A DNA stretch of 64,000 nucleotides from an uncultured Gallionella sp. (lineage in GTDB: Bacteria > Pseudomonadota > Gammaproteobacteria > Burkholderiales > Gallionellaceae). Location of the stretch: positions 19,910 to 83,909 of the forward strand of contig CAZURE010000003.1 in assembly GCA_964623195.1 (NCBI GenBank), read 5' to 3'. Positions 21,457 to 35,161 of this stretch are shown here, piece after piece; position 1 is the stretch's first letter; each line of letters opens with the position of its first letter. Both the position numbers and the translations under genes were made by a program. The notes below the pieces were generated by a model. It made no database searches. It was not told where the DNA came from and saw only the letters and a program-made list of their open reading frames with translations.

Positions 21457-22126
21457 TACACATACTCATTCCACAAACACTAATAAATTCATCCAAGAAA
21501 TGACGCTTTATCGTCTAGGTTCACTCATGGCGCTTTGTGTCAGCATCACTTTCAGCATGCCTGCAGCTGCAAAGTTGTATAAATGGGTTGATGACAATGG
21601 CACCACACATTACGGCGAAACCATCCCACCGAAGTATGCTAACAAGAATCGCTCTGAGCTCAATAAGTCAGGCCGTATAGTTGAAAGCAGAAAAATTTTT
21701 TCTCCCGAACAGCGCAGAGCAGAGCGAGAAGCAAAGAAAGCAATTGAAGCAAAGAAGCTAGCGGAGAAGCGTACTGCCGAGGAAAAAGCACGCAGAGACA
21801 GGATGCTGGTCGACACTTACAGTAGCGTAGCGGAAATTGATTTAGCGCGTAAAAGAAATTTGCGTCAAATAGAGTTGCGAATCAATAGTCTACTTGCGCG
21901 CATAAAAATCACTAATGAGAATCTGCAGGACTTGCAAGCGGAAGCTGATGGATATGCAAGCAAAAAGCATAAAATTCCACCATCTCTGAAAGAGGACCTG
22001 ATCACCACTGAGGCTAGATTAGAAAAACTCAGAGGTGACCTAACAAAACCTTCCGCAGAAAAAGATGCATTAGAAGCACGCTACGACGACGATGAAAAAC
22101 GTTACAGAGAGCTGACAGGGAAATAA
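21449..22126 (+). CDS. DUF4124 domain exported protein
   Basis: AKLYKWVDDNGTTHYGETIPP plus coiled coil; start uncertain. Confidence 0.8.
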   Translation: MTDTHTHSTNTNKFIQEMTLYRLGSLMALCVSITFSMPAAAKLYKWVDDNGTTHYGETIPPKYANKNRSELNKSGRIVESRKIFSPEQRRAEREAKKAIEAKKLAEKRTAEEKARRDRMLVDTYSSVAEIDLARKRNLRQIELRINSLLARIKITNENLQDLQAEADGYASKKHKIPPSLKEDLITTEARLEKLRGDLTKPSAEKDALEARYDDDEKRYRELTGK

Positions 22127-22129
22127 GAC

Positions 22130-22759
22130 CTAAAGCATTTCGAATTTGGTTGTTGCTGGGTTATAACCTAGCAATTCGCCACGCTCGATATCAAAATACC
22201 AACCATGTAACGCAAGGCGGTTACTCTCAACACCTTCTAGTACCCACGAAAAAGTCATCAAGTTTTTCAATGAAACCAGTATGGCTTGTTGTTCGCAGGC
22301 ACGGAGGCGAGTAGCACTGTCAGCTTGGGAATATCTTTCATCAATCATCTCTCGCGCACCATTCGCAATACCCATCCATTCTGCGATAAAGGAATCCTCA
22401 CTAGAAACCCCTCCATCTAGCAATGCTCTAATGCCGCCACATTGGGCATGACCCAGCACGATGATGTGCTGGACTTTCAGATTCCGTACACCAAATTCAA
22501 GTGCTGCACTAGTGCCGTGAAAGCTGCCCTTATCCTCAGACGGTGGCACCAGATTCGCCACGTTACGCACAACGAACAAATCACCGGGCGCACAATCCAG
22601 AATCAATGCAGGATCAACCCGCGAATCACAACATCCGATGATGAGTGTCGATGGCGTCTGACCATATTGAACCAAATTCTGAAATTGCGGGTTTTCGCCC
22701 GCATAAGAGCGTTCGCGAAATCGTTTGAACCCTTCGATGAATTGCTTAGGCGAACTCAT
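22130..22759 (-). CDS. Beta-class carbonic anhydrase
   Basis: [24 protein letters not shown] Zn ligands; ATG at 22759. Confidence 0.93.
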   Translation of the reverse strand: MSSPKQFIEGFKRFRERSYAGENPQFQNLVQYGQTPSTLIIGCCDSRVDPALILDCAPGDLFVVRNVANLVPPSEDKGSFHGTSAALEFGVRNLKVQHIIVLGHAQCGGIRALLDGGVSSEDSFIAEWMGIANGAREMIDERYSQADSATRLRACEQQAILVSLKNLMTFSWVLEGVESNRLALHGWYFDIERGELLGYNPATTKFEML

Positions 22760-23640
22760 GCGCCAATCAGCTTGACCAATGCCTCTCGGTACTTGTCGGC
22801 AGTCTTTTGCAGGACATCTTGTGGTAAATGCGGCGCAGGTGCCTGTTTGTTCCAGTCCGAAGATGCCAGCCAATCGCGAATGAATTGCTTATCAAAGCTG
22901 GGAGGATTACTGCCCACCTTGTACTGTTCAGCAGGCCAGAAGCGAGAGGAATCAGGGGTTAATGCCTCATCGATCAAATGCAACACACCCTCCTTATCGA
23001 CACCGAATTCAAACTTGGTATCAGCAATGATGATGCCTTTGCTTGCCGCATAATCAGCAGCAGTCGAATATAGTTTGAGCGTTGCAACCCTTACTTCATT
23101 TGCACGTGATTCCCCAAGTAACTCAATCGACTGCGCAAAAGAAATATTCTCGTCATGCTCGCCGACCTCCGCTTTAGTTGAGGGGGTGAATAATGGTTCA
23201 GGCAGTTTCTCCGCTTCCTGTAATCCCGCCGGAAGTGAAATGCCGCAAACCGCACCGCTACGCTGATAATCTTTCCAGCCGGATCCCACCAGATAGCCAC
23301 GCACGATTGCTTCGATAGGCAGTGCCTTGAGCTTTTTGACCACAAAAGCTCTGCCACGTACTTGTTCGCGATCTGCCGCATCAACAACCGTCTCAGGATC
23401 AATGCCTGTCAGATGATTCGGAATCACATGTCCTAGCTTCTCAAACCAGAAGTTCGACAGCGTGGTAAGTACTTCACCTTTACCCGGAACAGGGTCCGGC
23501 AAAATCACATCAAAGGCCGATAGCCTGTCTGTCTGAACGATCAGTAGTTTATCGTCGCCCACTGCATACAAATCACGAACTTTTCCGCGATTTAATAATG
23601 GCAGACTTTTCAAGTCCGATTGCAATAAAGCATCACTCAT
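22756..23640 (-). CDS. purC: SAICAR synthase
   Basis: [36 protein letters not shown]; ATG at 23640. Confidence 0.96.
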   Translation of the reverse strand: MSDALLQSDLKSLPLLNRGKVRDLYAVGDDKLLIVQTDRLSAFDVILPDPVPGKGEVLTTLSNFWFEKLGHVIPNHLTGIDPETVVDAADREQVRGRAFVVKKLKALPIEAIVRGYLVGSGWKDYQRSGAVCGISLPAGLQEAEKLPEPLFTPSTKAEVGEHDENISFAQSIELLGESRANEVRVATLKLYSTAADYAASKGIIIADTKFEFGVDKEGVLHLIDEALTPDSSRFWPAEQYKVGSNPPSFDKQFIRDWLASSDWNKQAPAPHLPQDVLQKTADKYREALVKLIGA

Positions 23641-24076
23641 GGCTTGTGACCCCGAACAATGTAGCAATCTCATGTTGCACATTGCCAGGGGATTGTGGGG
23701 CACGCAATACCTTCAGTGGTTGGCCTTTCGCATCTACCAGCACCAGATCGGTCCGATCCGAGCCACTGGCTGCCATGAATGCCTTGCCTTGCGGGGTATT
23801 GGAATCCGTCAGCAAAAAATCGACCTTGCCTGAATATTGACCACGCAACTTGCCCATGACTTCTTCCGTGTTAATACTTTCGACGGCGTTTTTGTCACGA
23901 ATCAACACGACTGCTGGCTTACCATTACCCAATACCGATAGATCATCGCTAAAACCTTTGGGTAGACTCATGACAGCTATCCCGACAAACAGCAGAACCA
24001 GTGCAATGACTGCAAGCTTGATCCATAGTCCGCGTTTAGAACCAGCGGTATCTTGTTGTTCTTCTGATTGACTCAT
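23633..24076 (-). CDS. Membrane-anchored hypothetical protein, possibly thioredoxin-like fold without CxxC
   Basis: N-terminal TM then GKPAVVLI...KVDFLL...LVLVDAKG beta/alpha pattern. Confidence 0.5.
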   Translation of the reverse strand: MSQSEEQQDTAGSKRGLWIKLAVIALVLLFVGIAVMSLPKGFSDDLSVLGNGKPAVVLIRDKNAVESINTEEVMGKLRGQYSGKVDFLLTDSNTPQGKAFMAASGSDRTDLVLVDAKGQPLKVLRAPQSPGNVQHEIATLFGVTSHE

Positions 24077-24096
24077 TTGGTTTTCCTCGCTTAGTG

Positions 24097-24588
24097 CTAC
24101 AGCGTCGGCAAAGTTGTTGCTGCAACTTTCGCTGTCTGTTGCTTTCGGTAGTCTGCCAATTTTTGTGCCACTTGCGCATCCCCGTTTGCCAGCATTGAAA
24201 CAGCAAACAAACCCGCATTTGCCGCACCTGCTTCACCGATCGCAAACGTCGCCACAGGTATACCTTTTGGCATCTGCACAATAGAAAGCAGAGAATCCAT
24301 CCCTTTCAAATACTTTGATGGAATAGGAACTCCCAAAACTGGCAGCGTCGTCTTACCCGCAATCACACCTGCTAGATGGGCTGCGCCACCTGCACCGGCG
24401 ATAAAGCACTGCACGCCCTGCGCCGACATCTCCTTGATGTAGTCGAATAGCAGGTCAGGAGCACGATGTGCAGAAATCACTCTCGCGTCGTATTCAACAC
24501 CAAAGTCTTTTAACTGTTGCGCAGACTGCTTCATGACTTCCCAGTCATTGATACTGCCCATCACAATCGACACGAGTGGCTTACTCAT
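24097..24588 (-). CDS. purE: N5-CAIR mutase
   Basis: SAHRAP, AGAGGAAHLAG, QMPKGIPVAT. Confidence 0.97.
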   Translation of the reverse strand: MSKPLVSIVMGSINDWEVMKQSAQQLKDFGVEYDARVISAHRAPDLLFDYIKEMSAQGVQCFIAGAGGAAHLAGVIAGKTTLPVLGVPIPSKYLKGMDSLLSIVQMPKGIPVATFAIGEAGAANAGLFAVSMLANGDAQVAQKLADYRKQQTAKVAATTLPTL

Positions 24589-24594
24589 GTTTAC

Positions 24595-25593
24595 TTATTC
24601 CTTGTGATAGCCAACCACACGGTCGACTTCATTTTTTGAACCCAAAATCACTGGCACGCGCTGATGAAGACCCTCTGGCTTCAGTTCCATGATGCGCTCA
24701 CGACCGGTAGAGCACACACCACCCGCCTGCTCGACGATGAACGACATAGGATTAGCTTCATACAGCAAGCGCAGTTTGCCCGCCTTGCCTTTCTCTTTGT
24801 TGTCGAACGGATACATAAAGATGCCGCCACGTGTCAGGATGCGATGTACTTCGGCAACCATAGAAGCAACCCAACGCATATTGAAGTTTTTCTCGCGGCC
24901 ACCATCTTTGCCCTTAACGCACTCATCAACATAACGTTGCACTGGCTCTTCCCAGTAGCGCTGGTTAGACATATTAATTGCGAATTCTTGTGTATCTTCT
25001 GGAATCTGCATATTAGGGTTAGTTAGGAAAAATTCACCAACATCACGGTCAAGTGTAAATCCATTCACACCATTACCCGTTGTGAGCACCATCATGGTAT
25101 TCGGACCATAGAGTGCGTAACCTCCGCAAACTTGCTGGGTACCTGGCTGCAAGAAGTCTTCTGCTGTAGGATTCTCCACACCCTCAGGGCAGCGCAAGAT
25201 CGAGAAGATGGTACCTACCGAGATATTCACATCGATATTTGAAGAACCATCCAAAGGATCAAATGTGATCAGATATTTTCCTTTCGGATATTGTGCCGGG
25301 ATTGGATAGATATCATCCATTTCCTCAGAAGCCATCGCCGCTAAGTGACCGCTCCACTCATTGGATTTGATGAACACCTCATTCGTAATGATGTCGAGCT
25401 TCTTTTGCGTCTCGCCCTGCACATTCTCGCTACCGGCACTACCCAGCACACCAATCAGCGCGCCCTTGTTCACATCATGAGCAATCTGTTTACATGCGGA
25501 AATGACATCACTAAGCAAACCAGTGAAATCGCCGCTTGCACCAGACATCGCACGTTGTTCCTCAATGATGAACTGAATCAGACTCTTACTCAT
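24595..25593 (-). CDS. fbp: Fructose-1,6-bisphosphatase class 1
   Basis: [32 protein letters not shown]; ATG at 25593. Confidence 0.96.
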   Translation of the reverse strand: MSKSLIQFIIEEQRAMSGASGDFTGLLSDVISACKQIAHDVNKGALIGVLGSAGSENVQGETQKKLDIITNEVFIKSNEWSGHLAAMASEEMDDIYPIPAQYPKGKYLITFDPLDGSSNIDVNISVGTIFSILRCPEGVENPTAEDFLQPGTQQVCGGYALYGPNTMMVLTTGNGVNGFTLDRDVGEFFLTNPNMQIPEDTQEFAINMSNQRYWEEPVQRYVDECVKGKDGGREKNFNMRWVASMVAEVHRILTRGGIFMYPFDNKEKGKAGKLRLLYEANPMSFIVEQAGGVCSTGRERIMELKPEGLHQRVPVILGSKNEVDRVVGYHKE

Positions 25594-25776
25594 GACACTC
25601 CCCTTAGACAAAACTACAAACAAAGATATACCAAAAATTGACCTTCAATTTTACAGCTTTTCGAGCACGTCCTCTATGGTTTTTTACGGAAACACCTGAA
25701 CATTCAGCCCTGACACGGCTTACCCAGAACCAGCCTCAGGGTTAATTTTTACATGCTAAACCAATTTGCTACTTGA

Positions 25777-27108
25777 TTACTGAAGTGCCTGATTGACTTT
25801 GCTCAAGTCAGTTTCGCTTAACGTACCGACTGAAGCTTTCAAGCGAAGTCGACTCATTAAATAGTTATATTGAGCCTGAAACAGCTCTTGGCGTGTCGAA
25901 AAAAGTTGCTGCTGTGCATTCAATACATCCAGGTTGGTCCGAACGCCCACCTGCTGTCCGAGCTTGCTCGCCTCCAGCACACTTTCACTTGAGGCCAACG
26001 CCTGCTGCAATGCCTGAACCTGCGCCATGCCACTTTCAACTCCCAGATACGCCTGTCGTGTCTGAGTTGCTACACTACGTCGCGCATTTTCCAACTCTTG
26101 TGAAGCACGCTCAAAGTTAGCTTCTGCTTCGCGCCATCTTGAATTAACTGATCCGCCCAGATACAAAGGCATATTCAACTGTACACCAATACTTTTATTG
26201 GTAATGTCCGTGCCCACACCAAAATTTCCGCCATTGGAGGAGTTTTTCGAAAAATTTGCTACCAGATCCAGCGTTGGATAATGACCACCAAGATTGCGCG
26301 TCACCTCTTTATCAGCCAGCTCTGCACCAAGCCGGGCAACAACAAGTTGCAGATTATTCGCATGTGCATCCTCAACCCATTTTTCCATATCCGCCGGCTG
26401 TAGTGACTCAGGCTTGAATCCATTACCCAAAGGCTTAAGATCTTGAGGAATCTTATTGATCAGTTGTTGCAAACTGCGTCGCTTAATTTCCAGGCTATTT
26501 CGAGCGGCTAGCTCCTGCGCACCTGTCAGGTCGTACCGTGCCTGCGCTTCCAAAGTATCGGTAATCGTCGCACTTCCGACCTCAAAGTTACGTTTGGCCT
26601 GTTCCAGCTGTTCAGAAATCGCTTTCTTTTGCGCCTCGACAAGCAGCACACTATCTTGTGCAATCAACACATCGAAGTAGGCTTGTGCAACCCGCAGAAT
26701 CAGCTCCTGCTCGGCGATTTTGAATTGGGCTTCGGACTGCGCGACCTGCAACTCAGATTGACTATATACCTGCCAGTTTTGCTGGCGATACAACGGTTGC
26801 ACTAATGTCACACCTATCGCGTTGCTGTTATAGCGATTTGTCCCGCTCGGAAACACGGTTGCACCTTGATATTGCGTGTCGACATCATTAAACGTGCTAT
26901 TCGCATTAAGTGTGACTGAAGGCCTCAATAAAGAACGGCCTTGAGATAACTTTTCTTGTCCGGCTTGTAACGAAGCGCGTGCCGACGCGAAAACAGGATC
27001 GTTCGATTGCGCAGTGTGATAGATGTCCAGCAAATCAACCGCGTTCGCAGTTGAATGAATTGCCAGAAGAGCTGAAAATGCAATGGATAGTGGTGTAAAT
27101 CTTTTCAT
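25777..27108 (-). CDS. tolC: TolC-family outer membrane channel
   Basis: Signal peptide, two OEP repeats, VGVRTNLDVLNAQQQL. Confidence 0.92.
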   Translation of the reverse strand: MKRFTPLSIAFSALLAIHSTANAVDLLDIYHTAQSNDPVFASARASLQAGQEKLSQGRSLLRPSVTLNANSTFNDVDTQYQGATVFPSGTNRYNSNAIGVTLVQPLYRQQNWQVYSQSELQVAQSEAQFKIAEQELILRVAQAYFDVLIAQDSVLLVEAQKKAISEQLEQAKRNFEVGSATITDTLEAQARYDLTGAQELAARNSLEIKRRSLQQLINKIPQDLKPLGNGFKPESLQPADMEKWVEDAHANNLQLVVARLGAELADKEVTRNLGGHYPTLDLVANFSKNSSNGGNFGVGTDITNKSIGVQLNMPLYLGGSVNSRWREAEANFERASQELENARRSVATQTRQAYLGVESGMAQVQALQQALASSESVLEASKLGQQVGVRTNLDVLNAQQQLFSTRQELFQAQYNYLMSRLRLKASVGTLSETDLSKVNQALQ

Positions 27109-27185
27109 GCTGCGCCACCTTCTATATTAGATAATGCTAATGTTACATATTATTTCAGGAAAACGCAATCAACACTACACAATAA

Positions 27186-27842
27186 TCAGAATTCGAATCT
27201 CGGGGGTTGTAAAGCGTTCAGCAGTGGTGCTACGCAAGACTCCATGATGGTGACAGTTTCAAAAGCGTCTTTTGAAACACGTGTGACCAGCTTCGCTTCC
27301 ATGGCTGGCGCATCACCGACGATGGCAAACAATCGCCCACCGACATTCAGGCTGTTCTGGAACGCTTCAGGTAAGACCGGTGTTGAGCCCGTCAATACGA
27401 TCACATCATAGTTTGTACCATTGTCCCATCCCTGTGCCGCATCGCCGACCTCAAGGGTTACGTTCTCATGATGATTTGCAGTCAGCTTTTGCTGAGCAGA
27501 TGCACTTAACTCAGGAACGATCTCGACCGAAGTGACATGACCCGCCAACGCTGACATTAAAGCCGTCAAATAACCACTGCCCGTACCAACCTCCAGCACT
27601 TTATCGCTACGCTTCAATTTGAGTTCCTGCACTGCACGTGCTTCCAACTTGGGATGCCACATCGACACATCATGACCAAGTGAGATTTCCATATCCACAA
27701 AAGCCATTTTTTTGTAAGCGTCAGGCACATAATTTTCACGACGAACCTCTTTGAGCAAATCCAGAATGCGCATCTCCAGCACATCACAAGGGCGAATCTG
27801 CTGCTCTATCATATTGAAGCGTGCTTGTTCCATATTCTGCAT
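27186..27842 (-). CDS. pcm: Protein-L-isoaspartate O-methyltransferase family
   Basis: ARFNMIEQQIRP, VLEVGTGSGY, GGRLFAIVG. Confidence 0.85.
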   Translation of the reverse strand: MQNMEQARFNMIEQQIRPCDVLEMRILDLLKEVRRENYVPDAYKKMAFVDMEISLGHDVSMWHPKLEARAVQELKLKRSDKVLEVGTGSGYLTALMSALAGHVTSVEIVPELSASAQQKLTANHHENVTLEVGDAAQGWDNGTNYDVIVLTGSTPVLPEAFQNSLNVGGRLFAIVGDAPAMEAKLVTRVSKDAFETVTIMESCVAPLLNALQPPRFEF

Positions 27843-27935
27843 TTTCCCTCTCCAGTGTCCCTGAATTATCGCGATAGTTTTCCACGAGTATAACTGTTAG
27901 CGGCCATTCTACTCAATATTCCTGCTCATAACGCC

Positions 27936-30900
27936 CTAGTGTGGCAGTACACGTTGCGTTCTTTTAAAGAGCCTGGTCATGAACTGCACGACGTCGTCCA
28001 CATAGGTGAACACCACCGGAATCACCAGCAAACTCAGGAAAGTCGACGTAATCAGGCCACCTATCACGACGATAGCCATCGGCGAGCGGAAACTGCCGTC
28101 CCCTGTACCAATATCCAGTGCCACCGGCAACATGCCCGCACCCATCGCCATCGTCGTCATCACGATGGGTCGAGCCCGCTTGCTGCACGCATCAAGCAAT
28201 GCCTCGGCGCGGTTCATATCCCGGTCCCGGCGTGACACGATTGCGTATTCCACCAGCAATATAGAATTCTTGGTAGCGATACCCATCAACATGATGATAC
28301 CGATCATGGAAGGCATTGATATCGCCGTATTGGTCAGGAATAGTGCCAGAAATGCACCGGGAATCGATAAGATCAGTGCCCATAATATCGTGGCAGGCTG
28401 CATGAAATCCTTGAACAACAGCACTAGAACCATATAGATACACAACACACCGGTGAACATCGCCAGCCCGAAGCTGGCAAACAACTCTTTCATCATCTCG
28501 GCATCACCGATCGGCGCGACTTCTATTCCTTCCGGCATATTCTTCAGAGATGGCAGAGCAAGCGCGGCGGCTTCAACCTTGCCCAGCGGCTGACCAGCCA
28601 GCTCTACTTCAAAGGCAATATTGCGCTGACGGTCATAACGGTCGATCTGCGCCGGACCGCTTTCCAAACTCATCGATGCCACACTACCCAGTCTGACCGG
28701 CCCATGCGATCCAGGCACTACCAAACGCGACAACAATTCCACATCCTGCCTAGCCTCATCACGCAGCTTGACGATGATAGGTATCTGCCTGTCAGGCAAA
28801 TTCAGTTTGGCAAGTGACTGGTCATAATCTCCGTTGGTCGCCACCCGTAGCGTGTCGGCAATGTCATTGGAAGTCACCCCCATATCAGCGGCACGACCGT
28901 AATCCGGCCGCACGATCACCTCAGGACGTAGAAGGCTTGAGTTCGACACCACATTACCGATGCCTGGGATAGTACGTAACTCCTGACCCACTTTCAGCGC
29001 ATGTTCGTTGAGCAATTCGCCATTTTCACTGGTCAGGACCAGTTGATATTTATCCGATGACGACCCCAGCCCCACTTTGACGCGCACGCCCGGCAACGCT
29101 CTCATCGCCTCGCGTAATTCGTCCTCGATCTGCTGCTTACGCAAGTCTCTTTCTTCGCGTGACTTGAGCTGTATCGACAATGTCGCCTTGCGCGCTTCAG
29201 GTACGCCGCTAGGCTCGAACGCGTTACCGCCTGTTGCCCCGCCACCGATGGCGGTATAAACCAGCGTCACATTCGGGTTACGCATCACGATCTCACGCGC
29301 CTGCTCAGCCAGTGTATAGGTATGTGCCAGCCCATTTCCCGGCGGTAACGTCAGTGAGACCTGAGTTTGTGAGAGATTATCCTTGGGCTGAAAGGCCGTT
29401 GGCAAAGTACCCGCTAAATAGAACGAGCCGAAAAAGAATATCGTGGTCAGTAACAGCGTTTTGATACGGTTGCCCAGACACCATTGCGCCAACTTGAGAT
29501 AGCTTACTATCCATCCGGGGGTCGGATGTTTTTCTCTGGGGCGCAAAAAATGTGCGGACATCATAGGCGTCAGCAAGCGGGCGACCACCAACGAGAACGT
29601 CACGGCTACCGCCGCCGTCCAGCCAAATTGCACGAAGAATTTTCCCGGAATACCGCTCATAAAAGCAGTCGGCAAAAATACCGCCACCAGTGTGAACGTC
29701 GTTGCGATTACCGCCATGCCGATCTCATCCGCAGCTTCCATCGAAGCCTGATAGGGTGACTTGCCCATCTCCAGATGGCGCATAATGTTCTCGATCTCGA
29801 CGATAGCGTCATCCACCAACACGCCGACCACCAGCGACAGTGCCAGCAAAGTCACCACGTTGATCGAAAATCCTAACAAGTAGATCACGGCAAAGGTCGG
29901 GATCACTGCCAACGGTAATGCGGTTGCTGCCACGATGGTGGCGCGCGTATTTCGCAAGAAGAGCATCACCACCAGCACCGCCAATAGCCCGCCTTCAAAA
30001 AGCATTTCCATCGAGCCCTTGTAAGTCTCGTAAACTTGATCGACCGTATTGAACACACGATCAACGGTGATTTCAGGATGAGCAAGTTTCAGCAAATCCA
30101 ATGCCTTCTCGACACCATCTGCCACGGCAACATCACCCGACCCAAGTGAACGAACCACTTCAAAGCCCACCACATCCACACCATCATGCAAAGCTGCCGA
30201 ACGCCGCTCAGCAACGGTATCGCTGACATGTGCCACCTGGTCCAGCCGAACCCGCCTGCCATCGCGCATGCTGAGTTCTATCTTGGAGAGTTCTTGTGCA
30301 GACTGCACCGTCCCTACGGTACGGATCGACTGTTCCATCCCGCCGATATCCGCACGACCACCGGGCGCCTCCTGTTGTATTTTGCGCAACTGTCGGGAAA
30401 CCTCAGACGGGGTCAGATTCATCGCCAGCATCCGGGTCGTATCCAGTTCCACATGTATCTGCCGTGTCACCCCACCGACACGATTGATCGCCCCCACGCC
30501 CTTTACGCCGAGAAGTAGCTTGGTGATGTTATTGTCAACAAACCACGACAATTCTTCCTCACTCATCTGCGGTGCTGAGATGGTGTAAGTCACGATAGGC
30601 TTGCTGCTCATCTCAACCTTGTTGATCACCGGATCCTGCATCTCCTGCGGGAGGTCGCTACGGATACGAGAAACAGCAGAGCGAACGTCCTCAAGTGCCA
30701 GACGTGAGTCCCGCTCAAGGCGAAACTCTGCATTGATGATTGCGCTGCCTTCTTTCACCTGTGCATATATATGCTTCAGACCTTGCGCACTGACCAGCGC
30801 GTTCTCGATCTTGCGTGCCACCTCCGATTCCATCTGATCTGGTGAGGCACCCGGCATCGTCGCCGACACCGTAATCATCGGCAAGTCGATATCAGGGAAC

Positions 30901-31007
30901 ATCTGCAGCTTCATCGCTTTGAAAGCCATGAACCCAAGAAATGTCAGTAGCGCAAAACCGAGAATCGCCGGAATGGGGTTGCGAATCGACCAGGAAGAGA
31001 CATTCAT
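27936..31007 (-). CDS. RND efflux permease (AcrB/MdtB-like)
   Basis: 1023 aa, GVLVDDAIVEIEN, GIATKNSILLVE, RARPIVMT. Confidence 0.95.
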   Translation of the reverse strand: MNVSSWSIRNPIPAILGFALLTFLGFMAFKAMKLQMFPDIDLPMITVSATMPGASPDQMESEVARKIENALVSAQGLKHIYAQVKEGSAIINAEFRLERDSRLALEDVRSAVSRIRSDLPQEMQDPVINKVEMSSKPIVTYTISAPQMSEEELSWFVDNNITKLLLGVKGVGAINRVGGVTRQIHVELDTTRMLAMNLTPSEVSRQLRKIQQEAPGGRADIGGMEQSIRTVGTVQSAQELSKIELSMRDGRRVRLDQVAHVSDTVAERRSAALHDGVDVVGFEVVRSLGSGDVAVADGVEKALDLLKLAHPEITVDRVFNTVDQVYETYKGSMEMLFEGGLLAVLVVMLFLRNTRATIVAATALPLAVIPTFAVIYLLGFSINVVTLLALSLVVGVLVDDAIVEIENIMRHLEMGKSPYQASMEAADEIGMAVIATTFTLVAVFLPTAFMSGIPGKFFVQFGWTAAVAVTFSLVVARLLTPMMSAHFLRPREKHPTPGWIVSYLKLAQWCLGNRIKTLLLTTIFFFGSFYLAGTLPTAFQPKDNLSQTQVSLTLPPGNGLAHTYTLAEQAREIVMRNPNVTLVYTAIGGGATGGNAFEPSGVPEARKATLSIQLKSREERDLRKQQIEDELREAMRALPGVRVKVGLGSSSDKYQLVLTSENGELLNEHALKVGQELRTIPGIGNVVSNSSLLRPEVIVRPDYGRAADMGVTSNDIADTLRVATNGDYDQSLAKLNLPDRQIPIIVKLRDEARQDVELLSRLVVPGSHGPVRLGSVASMSLESGPAQIDRYDRQRNIAFEVELAGQPLGKVEAAALALPSLKNMPEGIEVAPIGDAEMMKELFASFGLAMFTGVLCIYMVLVLLFKDFMQPATILWALILSIPGAFLALFLTNTAISMPSMIGIIMLMGIATKNSILLVEYAIVSRRDRDMNRAEALLDACSKRARPIVMTTMAMGAGMLPVALDIGTGDGSFRSPMAIVVIGGLITSTFLSLLVIPVVFTYVDDVVQFMTRLFKRTQRVLPH

Positions 31008-31008
31008 A

Positions 31009-31938
31009 TCATGAACCTTTTACTAACTGGACGACATCGCCCTCGGTCAAGAATGGCCCACCTGTTTCCACCACCGCTTCTGTCTCTCCCAGATCCGATT
31101 TGATCTCGATACGGTCACCTTTGCGCTGACCTGTCTTCACCACTCTTTCATGTACCTGATTATTCGCGTCCACCACCATCACAAATGCGGCAGTGCCGCG
31201 ACGCATCACCGCTGACTGAGGCAATGAGACCAGCTTACGCCCCCCGCCACTAATGTCGAATTCGCCTCGTGCAAATGCACCCGCGATGATCCCACGACTA
31301 TTCCGTAAGCTGACATAGGCATAGCCATAACGCGTCCGGGGATCGACCGATGGCGAGATCGCACGCACCTTACCTTTTCCCACACGATCTTCACCGATAT
31401 TGACCACCGCCCGCATGCCCTTGCGCAACATCATCAACTCGTCTGCGGTAAGCTCGGCTCGCCACTCCAACTTTCCCTTTCGGATCAGCCGAAACAGCTC
31501 TACTCCCGGCTGCGCCATCGAACCCGCATTAGCATTAGCCGCAGAAATGATGCCATCGTCCGGCGCAAGGATGCGACCCTGCGAAGCACCCATATTGCCC
31601 AGTCCGGCAAAATTATCCAACGTCACCAGCACATCACCTCGCTTTACGGAATCACCGATACTCACTTTTACTTCCGCGATGCGAAGTCCTTGCACCTGTG
31701 CGCTGATGACGGCTTCTTGCCAGGGTACGATGCTGCCGTTCGCGGCCAGACTGCGCGACCAATTCTCTTCTCTCAACATCGTGGTTCGCACCGTCAACGC
31801 CGGGCGGCTGACAACGGGTTGCGCTATGTCCTGCTCTGCCTGACTGTTGCTGGAAGTCCAAACCGTTGCTGCCGCAATAACGATTCCCGACAGCGTCAGG
31901 CCGATGAGTAGCCGTTTGAAATTGATGTCATTACTCAT
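31009..31938 (-). CDS. RND periplasmic adaptor (membrane fusion protein) apparently lacking the alpha-hairpin
   Basis: Lipoyl halves VSIGDSVKRGDVLVTLD and ILAPDDGIIS separated by only ~14 aa; beta-barrel and MP domains present. Confidence 0.85.
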   Translation of the reverse strand: MSNDINFKRLLIGLTLSGIVIAAATVWTSSNSQAEQDIAQPVVSRPALTVRTTMLREENWSRSLAANGSIVPWQEAVISAQVQGLRIAEVKVSIGDSVKRGDVLVTLDNFAGLGNMGASQGRILAPDDGIISAANANAGSMAQPGVELFRLIRKGKLEWRAELTADELMMLRKGMRAVVNIGEDRVGKGKVRAISPSVDPRTRYGYAYVSLRNSRGIIAGAFARGEFDISGGGRKLVSLPQSAVMRRGTAAFVMVVDANNQVHERVVKTGQRKGDRIEIKSDLGETEAVVETGGPFLTEGDVVQLVKGS

Positions 31939-31991
31939 TATTTTTTAATCCTTAAATTCCATGTACTGTTGTGCGCTGTGAATACTATGCT

Positions 31992-32708
31992 TTATTTACT
32001 GCGTTTTAATTTTGCTCGATGTTGGCGCTCTGATTCGACCAACGCCAACGCATATACAACCAACCTACCCACCATTTTTCCTTTAGCCTGCTTGCCCTTA
32101 ACCAAATGCGGCGCCAACTCTTCGACGATTGAACGACCCCCGTGAAAATACACATTGGCTAAACCGACGATACAAAAGGTCAGCCGGTCGATTTCCGCAT
32201 CCTTCTTTTTTAATCCCAGTTCTCGACATAAAAATGCCTGCATCTTTTCGTGATTGGGACGAATCGCCTGCGCCAGCGCAGAGCCCATCACCCCACTGGG
32301 CTCTGCTTCCTCACGTGCATGCAATCGCAGAAACAAATGCATCATCGGATCTTCTTCAGGCGAAGGGGGGAATAACCAATCGTAGAAAGCATACAAAGCC
32401 TCATTCAATGTCGCTTTGTCGATATCCAGTTTTGCAAAGGTATTACATTCATTAAGGAACGGCAGCCGAAACACCCCCCGATACAATTCAGCCTTGTCGC
32501 CAAAGTGATAATGGATCGCCGCCAGATTGACACCGGCACGCCGGGAAATCTCGCGTGTGGTTGCCGCCCGGTAACCGACTTCTGCGAACACCTCGGTAGC
32601 AGCCTGCAACAAGCGCCAGCGGGTCTCTTCCTGTGTACCCGGCTGATGACCGAGCAAACGCTGAGCCATTTGCATCAACGGGCAGGTTATTTCTGATTTC
32701 GCGATCAC
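31992..32708 (-). CDS. TetR-family regulator with CerR/YbiH-type C-terminal domain
   Basis: AATEVFAEVGYRAATTREISRRAGVNLAAIHYHFGDK; start uncertain. Confidence 0.9.
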   Translation of the reverse strand: MIAKSEITCPLMQMAQRLLGHQPGTQEETRWRLLQAATEVFAEVGYRAATTREISRRAGVNLAAIHYHFGDKAELYRGVFRLPFLNECNTFAKLDIDKATLNEALYAFYDWLFPPSPEEDPMMHLFLRLHAREEAEPSGVMGSALAQAIRPNHEKMQAFLCRELGLKKKDAEIDRLTFCIVGLANVYFHGGRSIVEELAPHLVKGKQAKGKMVGRLVVYALALVESERQHRAKLKRSK

Positions 32709-32739
32709 GGCATTTTCCGAATCCTGAGTGGATCACTAC

Positions 32740-32780
32740 ATTAATTCAGTCAATTGATTAAGTCAAATGACTGAATTAAT
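32740..32780. promoter_or_regulatory. Perfect 13-bp inverted repeat, probable TetR operator
   Basis: ATTAATTCAGTCA-N15-TGACTGAATTAAT immediately upstream of the TetR-MFP-RND operon. Confidence 0.7.
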
Positions 32781-32782
32781 AA

Positions 32783-34861
<2,079 letters not shown>

Positions 34862-34879
34862 GCTTTTACTCTCGATGAA

Positions 34880-35089
34880 ATGCTGATGTCATCGCGTACT
34901 TTACCCCCACAACCTGAAGTCTCTGCAGAATGCCCGTGTGTAGGTCACTGTACGACTGCATTGGGCGACGATGTGTGTCGCTGTTGTCTCCGCACACTGG
35001 ATGAGATAACCCACTGGCCGGAGATGAGTGATGAGGAACGGCGGGCTGTAAACTGGCGCATCGCGCTGGAGCGGCAAGCTGCTCCTTGA
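34880..35089 (+). CDS. DUF1289 family small Cys-rich protein
   Basis: CPCVGHCTTALGDDVCRCCLRTLDEITHW. Confidence 0.8.
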   Translation: MLMSSRTLPPQPEVSAECPCVGHCTTALGDDVCRCCLRTLDEITHWPEMSDEERRAVNWRIALERQAAP

Positions 35090-35161
35090 GACGGGTATAA
35101 TCCTCTCCCTCAACTGGCCGATAACGAACTCACTCCTTCAATTTACTGACCCCTATTATTC

